This document shows, piece after piece, positions 26,247-33,141 of a stretch of DNA of 40,443 bases (its first letter is position 1; the number at the start of each line of letters is the position of its first letter). The stretch is from an uncultured Gammaproteobacteria bacterium (lineage in GTDB: Bacteria; Patescibacteriota; Microgenomatia; Levybacterales; UBA12049), in assembly GCA_964613075.1 (NCBI GenBank), contig CAZTFV010000001.1:23521-63963 (forward strand). Direction: 5' to 3'. The position numbers and the translations under genes were made by a program. The notes beneath the pieces are model-generated. The model did not search any database, was not told the DNA's origin, and was given only the letters and a program-made list of their open reading frames with translations.

Positions 26247-26650
26247 CAGTCATTGCTCATTATTTTCTCAGATGCTTCCAAGGCCTTGCGTTCTATCTCG
26301 TCATCATCTTCGTCGTCATCATCACCGGCAAATTCTTCGAACGAGAGATCCATCTTCATGTTGTCGGTTTCCCAAGATCTTCCGCTGAAGCTGCGAAGTG
26401 CGCGTGGGGTATCGGAATAGGAAGAGGCCATCTCCGTCATGATCAGAGAAAGCCTCCACGTCATTTGTTCATAGTATCGAGCCGGAGAAAATTCCATGAG
26501 GTTCGAGTAGGCGAGACGATGTCCAAACATCTTTCGTATGTCGTACTCCATCGTTCTTGTTTCTACCCACTCCAAAATCTGATCGTTGGTCAGAGAGTGA
26601 TTGTTGGTCACAAATTCGACCAGATCGTCACATCGGTCCTTGCTCGCCAT
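26189..26650 (-). CDS. hypothetical acidic protein, cassette 5
   Basis: The ATG at 26650 (MASKDRCDDLVEF...) lies 2 nt from repeat F. There is a DDDDEDDDE run near the C-terminus. The frame closes only inside repeat E, adding the tail SLHELFCISQPQTLQSV. No family recognised. Confidence 0.6.
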   Translation of the reverse strand: MASKDRCDDLVEFVTNNHSLTNDQILEWVETRTMEYDIRKMFGHRLAYSNLMEFSPARYYEQMTWRLSLIMTEMASSYSDTPRALRSFSGRSWETDNMKMDLSFEEFAGDDDDEDDDEIERKALEASEKIMSNDCVSLHELFCISQPQTLQSV

Positions 26651-26652
26651 GG

Positions 26653-26764
26653 TGTAAGTTTGCAACGAAATTTTACACCTAAAGTTGCAAGAATTTTACT
26701 GTCTTAGCCTCAAAAGTGTAAAATTCCTGCAAATAAAACAGTAAAATAATCGTGCAAATTTACA
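26653..26764 (-). repeat. cassette-array repeat copy F (112 bp, diverged; orientation tentative)
   Basis: It has the termini TGTAAGTTTGCA...CGTGCAAATTTACA. Its reverse complement begins tgtaaatttgcacgatt, matching 16/17 of the consensus left arm. It carries only one inner box (ttagcctca at 26704-26712). Confidence 0.75.
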
Positions 26765-27035
26765 CTTACACGAGCCAGACGAAGCAGAATGGGGAAAAGG
26801 TTTTAAAACAAGGAGGAAAAACTACAGTATCTTGCACCTGACACGATCGATACCATTCAAGAGACTATCGAAGCCGGTAAAGAACCGAGAAAGACAACTG
26901 AGGTACCAGTATACCAATTTCCTTCTTAGACTACCTCATCTATCACCTATTTTATTGCCTCTCTTTTTTTGACAAAAAGTCCCAAACCTCATAGACTGGA
27001 CTTAGGCCTATCAATTCACATAGGTCTTTATTGCT

Positions 27036-27584
27036 ATGGCAACACACAATGCAATCAATCTCGTACGGGGACAAGACAAAAGATTTTTTGACAAACTTAT
27101 CGGTTGGGCATTCACCGTCGGACGGGTACTTGTCATCTTCACCGAGTCAATCGCCCTGATGGCATTTCTCTATCGCTTCTCATTAGATTACCGGCTCATT
27201 GATCTTCGCGATGAAATAAAAGACAGGCAAACAATCGTCTCGCTCCTCAAAGAAAGTGAAGCCACGTATCGCAACCTGCAAGCTCGTCTTGCCTACGCTT
27301 CACAAATAGAAAAGCAAAAAGAGCAAACGCCAAAAACCCTTGCCGATCTTGTAAAAATGGCAACCGGCAAACTCGTCTTCAATAGTCTGACAGTGAACCA
27401 AAATACCATCCAGATAGATGCCAACGCGCCATCAGTAAGTAGTCTGAGTAGCTTTATCAACCAACTTAAAAAATATCCGACTGTTAAGACAGTCAGTATC
27501 GACAGAATTGAAAATAAAGGCTCAATCGCAACGATTAACATTTCAATCACGGCAACATTGGAAAATGCCGACACTGCCAAATGA
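27036..27584 (+). CDS. pilN: type IV pilus assembly protein PilN-like
   Basis: 182 aa with a short cytoplasmic N-terminus, a single TM (VGRVLVIFTESIALMAFLY), a coiled-coil and a C-terminal alpha/beta domain. It is followed by a PilO-like gene with a 4-nt overlap. Confidence 0.6.
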   Translation: MATHNAINLVRGQDKRFFDKLIGWAFTVGRVLVIFTESIALMAFLYRFSLDYRLIDLRDEIKDRQTIVSLLKESEATYRNLQARLAYASQIEKQKEQTPKTLADLVKMATGKLVFNSLTVNQNTIQIDANAPSVSSLSSFINQLKKYPTVKTVSIDRIENKGSIATINISITATLENADTAK

Positions 27585-28204
27585 AATTTACTACAAACCG
27601 ATTACAAACAATTGCCAAAAAGCGCTACCTGGAATATATCAAATTGTTTCCCGCCGCAGCGCAAACGCGTATCAAAGAGTATACAACGCTTATTCTCACC
27701 TTTGGCGCCATGACACTTTTTGGCATCTTTGCCATAAACCCAACAATAACAACAGTCATAGAACTGCGGAAAAAATTGGATGACGCCAAATTCGTCAACC
27801 AAAAACTAGCGCAAAAAATCGCCAACCTCACAACGCTTGAGGAAAAATACAGCAACCTGGATGATGACCTGACTGTTATCGAAAACGCCATTCCCAGGCA
27901 ACCGGAAGTACCGCTTCTTTTCGGACAAATTCAGGCAATTGCAAAAAAGTCTGGGGTCACAATTGCCTCCCTACAAAGCCTGCAGGTTGAGCAAGCAACG
28001 CAGAAAAAACCACCTCCCAAAGACGCATCATTTACATTCGTCACTGAAATACAGGGAAACTATCAACAAATAAGTAGCTTTCTTAACTTCTTAAGTGACT
28101 TTGAACGAAGCATCATACTTGACTCTGTCTCAATCACAAGAAGCAAAGACCAGGTAAATCAGCTTGTTCTATCAATCAGAGCCAGAGCGCCATTTCGGCA
28201 ATAA
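27581..28204 (+). CDS. pilO: type IV pilus assembly protein PilO-like
   Basis: 207 aa with a single TM, a coiled-coil (LRKKLDDAKFVNQKLAQKIANLTTLEEKY) and a ferredoxin-like C-terminus (FTFVTEIQGNYQQISSFLNFLSDFER). Confidence 0.6.
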   Translation: MKFTTNRLQTIAKKRYLEYIKLFPAAAQTRIKEYTTLILTFGAMTLFGIFAINPTITTVIELRKKLDDAKFVNQKLAQKIANLTTLEEKYSNLDDDLTVIENAIPRQPEVPLLFGQIQAIAKKSGVTIASLQSLQVEQATQKKPPPKDASFTFVTEIQGNYQQISSFLNFLSDFERSIILDSVSITRSKDQVNQLVLSIRARAPFRQ

Positions 28205-28209
28205 CGCAT

Positions 28210-28515
28210 ATGAAACAGAAAGATTTACTGTATCTGGTTATTTCTATATTCGTCCTTACTGTTCTATGGATCGGGTTTAATATTTATGATACTGCTGCAA
28301 CAACGACCGTCAGCGAAGTACTACAAGTACAAATCATCCCGATCTCGCCTGATTTTGATCCTGCAACCATCAGAGATCTGAAAAAGCGGGAAAAAGTCAC
28401 ACCTGTCTATACGACAACGGCAAGAGAGGTAAGTCCAACACCGACAGTGCCAGTCGCGTCGAACGCAGCAGTACCGGCAACACAAAGTACACAGCAAGTA
28501 ACGCCAACACCATGA
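28210..28515 (+). CDS. small membrane-anchored protein with a Thr/Pro-rich tail
   Basis: 101 aa with an N-terminal TM (LLYLVISIFVLTVLWIGF). Overlaps the next gene by 4 nt. Confidence 0.6.
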   Translation: MKQKDLLYLVISIFVLTVLWIGFNIYDTAATTTVSEVLQVQIIPISPDFDPATIRDLKKREKVTPVYTTTAREVSPTPTVPVASNAAVPATQSTQQVTPTP

Positions 28516-29978
28516 AGTACGAAAGAAACAATAATAAAATCTGGGACAGGCGCATTCCAACGTTGCTGGGTCTTCTCCTTTTGCTATTCGGCACTGTTGT
28601 CTCAGCCAGTATCTTGCAGAATAACACCAACCTCTTCGGAAAAGCGGCAACAGGGAAAGAGCCGCAAAATATTCGGATAACCAATATCAGCGATACGTCA
28701 TTTACAGTTACCTACACAACAACTGATTCTGTACCGGGCACTATCTCCTACGGACAAGCTGAGAGCGAAGAAAAGATCGGGCTTGATGACAGGGATCAGG
28801 ATACTGGTACGCCGAAGGGGTATGAAACTCACCACATTACCATAAAAGGGTTAAATCCAGAAACACCGTATGAATTCACTATCGTTTCATCAGACACCAT
28901 CTATCAAAAAAGTAATCAGCCCTTTTCAGTCACAACCGCGCCAGCGCTTGATGAGGGACCATCCGATGAGAAGTCGCTGGCAGGAAAAGTATTACTACCA
29001 GACGGCAATCCCGGATCGGAAATTCTCGTTTATGCCTCAACCGACGATGGGCAAATCCTCTCAACCGCAACAAAGCAGGATGGCTCTTATACTCTGTCCA
29101 TACATACAATGCGCACGAAAGATCTCACTGCGTATGTAGAGTTTACCGACAAAACTATCATCAATTTGCTCTACCGATCATCCCTTGCAGCATCCGAGGT
29201 AGAAACCTTGGTTACGCAAATCAACCCTGTCCCGCAAATCACCCTCTCCAAAAATTATGATTTCACACAGGCAGAAACCCCAACCACAGATAACCAAACT
29301 GCTTCAGAATCTGCCCAAACAGAAAAATTCCCGCTTGATGCGACAGACCTCACAGAACAAACACAAAACAGGGAAGAAGTAAAAGAGAAAGAACCGGCAA
29401 TTCTCACTCCCAAGCAAAATGAAGGGTTTTCCGACCAGCAACCGGAATTTACCGGTACAGCGCTTCCCAATGAGACAATAGAAATAACCATCCAGTCCGA
29501 TCCGATCAAGACAGAGGTAATCGCCGATAAGAATGGTAACTGGAGCTTCCGTCCTGACAAGCCGCTTCCTCCTGGTCAACACACCATTACTATAGTTAGC
29601 AAAGATGCACTCGGCCTAACCAAACGTCTTACCCGTTCCTTTACCGTTTTCGCAGAGGGGAGTCAATTTACAGAGCCCTCGGTCTCGCCGACAAAAAAAC
29701 CCTCTCCCACACCTACTACCAAAGCCTCACCCATCCCGACACTTATTCCTACTGTCTCTTCAACTATTACGCCAACACCGACACGTGCCGTCATAGTTAC
29801 ACCTGTTCCCTCCCGCACAATTACCCAAGCACCGGTTGTCTCAGCACGCCTGACGCCTGTCCCCAGTGTCCCACCAACGGGTAATGAATCACTTATTGTC
29901 TCAGGCATTGCTGCATTGGGTATGACAATAATCGGTCTCTTGCTCTTCTTCCTGACGCGGGGAGGAAAAGCGTTATGA
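28512..29978 (+). CDS. cell-surface protein: FN3-like, carboxypeptidase-regulatory-like and Ig-like domains, P/T linker, sortase-type sorting signal
   Basis: 488 aa with an N-terminal TM/signal. FN3-like segment: PQNIRITNISDTSFTVTYTT...ITIKGLNPETPYEFTI. CarboxypepD_reg-like segment: LAGKVLLPDGNPGSEILVYA...DGSYTL. The C-terminus has VPPTGN, a hydrophobic helix and RGGK. Confidence 0.7.
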   Translation: MKYERNNNKIWDRRIPTLLGLLLLLFGTVVSASILQNNTNLFGKAATGKEPQNIRITNISDTSFTVTYTTTDSVPGTISYGQAESEEKIGLDDRDQDTGTPKGYETHHITIKGLNPETPYEFTIVSSDTIYQKSNQPFSVTTAPALDEGPSDEKSLAGKVLLPDGNPGSEILVYASTDDGQILSTATKQDGSYTLSIHTMRTKDLTAYVEFTDKTIINLLYRSSLAASEVETLVTQINPVPQITLSKNYDFTQAETPTTDNQTASESAQTEKFPLDATDLTEQTQNREEVKEKEPAILTPKQNEGFSDQQPEFTGTALPNETIEITIQSDPIKTEVIADKNGNWSFRPDKPLPPGQHTITIVSKDALGLTKRLTRSFTVFAEGSQFTEPSVSPTKKPSPTPTTKASPIPTLIPTVSSTITPTPTRAVIVTPVPSRTITQAPVVSARLTPVPSVPPTGNESLIVSGIAALGMTIIGLLLFFLTRGGKAL

Positions 29979-31291
29979 CCATAGGCATTATCGGTGCCGG
30001 GTTTACCGGCCTTGCGACGGCCTACCGTCTGTCAAAGAACGGTCACAAGGTTGTTGTTTTTGAAAAAGATTCATTGCCCGGCGGGTTAGCGGTCGGCTAT
30101 AAACCTGCCCGCTATGCAAAGCAAAGCGTTGCAGGCGGGGAAAGGGGCTGGGAATGGACGCTTGAGAAGCATTATCACCACTGGTTTACAAACGACACTG
30201 CTATCCTCAATCTGGCAAATGAAATTAATCACGAAGTCATAATCAAACGACCAAAAACATCGGTGTATGTTGATTCGGGAATCTATCAGTTTGATTCGCC
30301 CAAAGAAGTGTTGCTTTTTCCCAAACTTTCACAGGCAGATCGCTTGCGCATGGCAGCTGTCGTTGGTCTTCTTCGCTACAATCCTTTGTGGAAGCCGCTT
30401 GAGAAAATAAACGCGAGTACATTTTTACCAAAAGCGATGGGGAAGAAGGCGTATGAAATGATTTGGAAACCCTTATTTGTCAATAAATTCGGAAGCTTTG
30501 CAGACGATGTCTCACTTGCTTGGTTTTGGGCGAGAATTACGAAAAGAACCCCCTCACTCGCGTATCCTAAAGGCGGTTTTTTGGATTTTGCCAACCACCT
30601 TGTTACTGCTATTGAACAAAAAGGGGGAAAGGTGTTATTTACTACAGAAGTTCTTACGCTTACTGATGATGAAAAAACAACGCTCATTATTAAAAATGAA
30701 AAAGGAAAGATTGGAAAACAGGTTTTTGATTTTGTTGTTTTTACCCTTCCGACATTTCTTTTTCTGAAAATGGCGCCCCAACTACCTGATGAATACAAGA
30801 AAACATATACGAGACTGAAAGGATTAGGCGCTACCAACCTTATCCTTCGACTAAAAAAACCTTTTTTCAACGATACTACCTACTGGCTGAGCGTCTGTGA
30901 TAGCAAATCCCCTGTTATGGCAATTGTTGAACACACAAATTTTATGGATAAGAAGCATTACAACAATGAACACCTTGTCTATCTTGGAAACTACCTTTCA
31001 CCCGATGATCCTCTGTTTCTCATGAATAAAGAAGAAAAACTCAAGCTCTTTGACCCCTTCCTCAAAAAGATTAACCCTGAATATAAGACACACCTTATTG
31101 ACTACGAGCTTTTTAAAGCGCCATTTGCCCAGCCGATCATTCCAACCAATTACTCAAAAATGATCCCCCCAATGGAAACGCCCCTCAGACATACCTTTCT
31201 TGCCAATATTGAACAAGTGTATCCATGGGATAGGGGTACAAATTATGCGGTGGGACTGGGAGAAAAAGCTGCAAGACTGGTAGAAAATTGA
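29975..31291 (+). CDS. FAD/NAD(P)-dependent oxidoreductase (amine-oxidase/desaturase-like)
   Basis: 438 aa with an N-terminal Rossmann motif (IGIIGAGFTGLATAYRL...VVVFEKDSLPGG). Confidence 0.8.
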   Translation: MTIGIIGAGFTGLATAYRLSKNGHKVVVFEKDSLPGGLAVGYKPARYAKQSVAGGERGWEWTLEKHYHHWFTNDTAILNLANEINHEVIIKRPKTSVYVDSGIYQFDSPKEVLLFPKLSQADRLRMAAVVGLLRYNPLWKPLEKINASTFLPKAMGKKAYEMIWKPLFVNKFGSFADDVSLAWFWARITKRTPSLAYPKGGFLDFANHLVTAIEQKGGKVLFTTEVLTLTDDEKTTLIIKNEKGKIGKQVFDFVVFTLPTFLFLKMAPQLPDEYKKTYTRLKGLGATNLILRLKKPFFNDTTYWLSVCDSKSPVMAIVEHTNFMDKKHYNNEHLVYLGNYLSPDDPLFLMNKEEKLKLFDPFLKKINPEYKTHLIDYELFKAPFAQPIIPTNYSKMIPPMETPLRHTFLANIEQVYPWDRGTNYAVGLGEKAARLVEN

Positions 31292-31303
31292 CCTAGGTAA
31301 CTT

Positions 31304-32365
31304 ATGCCACACAGCATAAACAAAAACCACAAATTCGTTCTACTCTCGTTAATAGCAATTGGAGTTTTTTTCAGGTTCTATAATCTCAACTGGGGCGTAC
31401 CCTTCTACTTCCATCCTGACGAGCGAAATATCGCCTCATCTGTCTCCCAACTGCAATTTCCCGATCAAATGAACCCGCATTTTTTTGCCTACGGCTCACT
31501 CCCCATCTACACAATCTACTTCACTGGCCTCCTCACAAATATTTTCTCAAACTGCGTTCTAGAAACTGCTAACTGCTTGCCCCTCGAAGTCCCGCGAAGC
31601 GGGACGGAGTGGGGTAGCGTATCGCTTGAGCAAGCCATTGTTATTAGCAGGATATTCTCTGCAGTTTTTTCTCTCGCACTTATCCCGTTGTTATTTAGTA
31701 TCGGAAAAAGATTAGGCAACACAATAATCGGATTGGCAAGCGCAACGCTTGCAACGCTGAGTGTCGGCTTAATACAATTTGCCCATTTCGGAACATTTGA
31801 AATGTGGCTTGCCTTTTTCAGCCTGCTCCTGTTTTTCTTGTGTTTAAAAATAAACGAAAATGCAAAGATAAAACTCGTTGTCTATGCTGGCGTGATAATC
31901 GGAGCATTAGTCTCAATAAAAGTCTCGAGTCTTACGCTTGTCCCTCTCCCATTCATTGCACTGCTTTTTCCAAACAAACAGCTACGAAAGTTTGTCTTTC
32001 TCGTGGCAATAGGTGCTGCAACCTACTTCCTTATCTCTCCGTTTGTTCTATTGGATCTTCCTGCGTTTCAGCATAGTATGAACTACGAATCATCAGTCGC
32101 CCTGGGAACATTGCCTGTTTTTTACACCGACGGCTTTTATAACACAACCCCAATACTCTACCAATTCATTCACGTTTATTCTTTTTTAATAAATCCCTTG
32201 CTAACCATTTTATTTGTCCCAGCATTTATGTATCTGCTCATAATCACTTATGGAGCCCTACGGCTAAAGCCGTGGTGCCTTAAATTACCCCCCTTCGCTC
32301 TGCTTTGCAGAGCTTCGGAGGGGTTATCCGCCTATATTTTTTCAAAAGGGCGACATCCACCGTAG
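31304..32365 (+). CDS. GT39/ArnT-like membrane glycosyltransferase, N-terminal fragment of a split gene
   Basis: FRFYNLNWGVPFYFHPDERNIAS...NPHFFAYGSLPIY parallels LRLFNLNWDQGFHMHPDERAIL...NPHFFAYGSLPFY of the full-length paralog 33125..34846. The frame ends at the TAG at 32363-32365 inside a structured insertion. Confidence 0.7.
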   Translation: MPHSINKNHKFVLLSLIAIGVFFRFYNLNWGVPFYFHPDERNIASSVSQLQFPDQMNPHFFAYGSLPIYTIYFTGLLTNIFSNCVLETANCLPLEVPRSGTEWGSVSLEQAIVISRIFSAVFSLALIPLLFSIGKRLGNTIIGLASATLATLSVGLIQFAHFGTFEMWLAFFSLLLFFLCLKINENAKIKLVVYAGVIIGALVSIKVSSLTLVPLPFIALLFPNKQLRKFVFLVAIGAATYFLISPFVLLDLPAFQHSMNYESSVALGTLPVFYTDGFYNTTPILYQFIHVYSFLINPLLTILFVPAFMYLLIITYGALRLKPWCLKLPPFALLCRASEGLSAYIFSKGRHPP

Positions 32366-32422
32366 CAGATTATCGCATTCATCCACGACTAAAGTCGTGG
32401 TTTTCTGCGAAGGCGGATAAGA
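32256..32422. repeat. ~165-bp hairpin-rich insertion interrupting the GT39 paralog
   Basis: Hairpins: acggct-aa-agccgt (32260-32273). GCTCTGC-ttt-GCAGAGC (32297-32313), extended by ccccttcg/cggagggg-type outer pairing. ccacgact-aa-agtcgtgg (32383-32400). The distal inverted repeat ttatccgcc (32324-32332) / ggcggataa (32412-32420). Confidence 0.6.
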
Positions 32423-33141
32423 CAAAACGCCATTCTTACCTGTTACTTGTTACCTGTTACGTGTTACTATTTTTTTCCCAAGCATTTCTCTTCGTCAAAT
32501 GGACCCGATACATCGTTCCGACGCTACCGTTTGTGTATTTGATTCTTGCCCTTAGTATTACAGACATACTACAACTGGTTACTAAAAAGCATCAGATATC
32601 GAGCCTTAAGTATATAGTATTTAGTTTTTTGATCACTATCTCGACTATTTTTGCACTTGCATACGTTATTACTGCATTTGTGCAAACCGATACGCGAATT
32701 GCCGCGTCTCTTTGGGCAAAGCAACATATTCCATCCCAAGCAAAAATCCTGAGTGAATCATATGATTTAGGTATTGTCCCGTTCAATGCAGACTTCCCCA
32801 ATATTTCACTGTTTAATTTTTATGACCTGGACAGTCCAGGTTTGGAGGGAACATATCGGCAGCTTACAGAAGCGCTGAGAACAAATGAGTACATTATTCT
32901 TCCCAGTCAGAGAATCTATCAGATGCGTTTGAGCAATGCGGGAAAGTTCCCATCGGGAAATCGGTTTTACACAATGATTCTTTCCAACCAACTGGGTTTT
33001 ACAAAAATATATGAAACACCGTGTGATATGTTTTGCAGAATAACCTATATGGATAATCCGATATTTTCATATGAGCAAACAGCAAACGTATTCGACAGAC
33101 CGATCGTAATGATCTTCCGGAAAAATGAAAATTTCAAATAA
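32305..33141 (+). CDS. GT39/ArnT-like glycosyltransferase, C-terminal fragment of the split gene (no ATG start; true 5' limit unclear)
   Basis: The reading frame differs from that of 31304..32365. From about 32425 it continues the paralog alignment (FLFVKWTRYIVPTLPFVYLILAL vs FAIGFMRYLLPLYPLLCLFAAV). The only start in the ORF track is a TTG inside the insertion. Confidence 0.55.
   Translation: MQSFGGVIRLYFFKRATSTVADYRIHPRLKSWFSAKADKTKRHSYLLLVTCYVLLFFSQAFLFVKWTRYIVPTLPFVYLILALSITDILQLVTKKHQISSLKYIVFSFLITISTIFALAYVITAFVQTDTRIAASLWAKQHIPSQAKILSESYDLGIVPFNADFPNISLFNFYDLDSPGLEGTYRQLTEALRTNEYIILPSQRIYQMRLSNAGKFPSGNRFYTMILSNQLGFTKIYETPCDMFCRITYMDNPIFSYEQTANVFDRPIVMIFRKNENFK

Larger units (their letters stand above)
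22067..26764. mobile_element. integron-like (CALIN-like) array of GC-rich single-ORF cassettes separated by 102-112-bp nested-palindrome repeats; no recombinase in the window
   Basis: Six related repeats occur at 22562, 23384, 24215, 25260, 26145 and 26653. The blocks between them measure 429/713/729/943/783/406 bp. Composition jumps sharply at the ATG at 22133. See findings. Confidence 0.5.

Noticed and set aside
22562-26764. CRISPR array
   Set aside because: The repeats are 102-112 bp and the units between them are 406-943 bp. Both are far outside CRISPR ranges. The units contain ORFs with SD sequences, two repeats are inverted, and no cas genes are in the window.
22562-26764. Classical integron (class 1-like or Vibrio-type)
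   Set aside because: There is no intI in the 40 kb and the repeat orientation is mixed. The repeat termini (TGTAAGTTTGCA/TGCAAACTTACA) do not contain the RYYYAAC/GTTRRRY cores. I keep only the weaker integron-like/CALIN-like description.
22067-26764. Assembly chimera between a low-GC and a high-GC organism
   Set aside because: The AT-rich repeats with identical termini interleave with the GC-rich blocks six times. Diverged copies A and F sit at internal/edge positions, and ORFs read across block-repeat junctions. A simple chimeric join would give one breakpoint. It still needs read-level confirmation.
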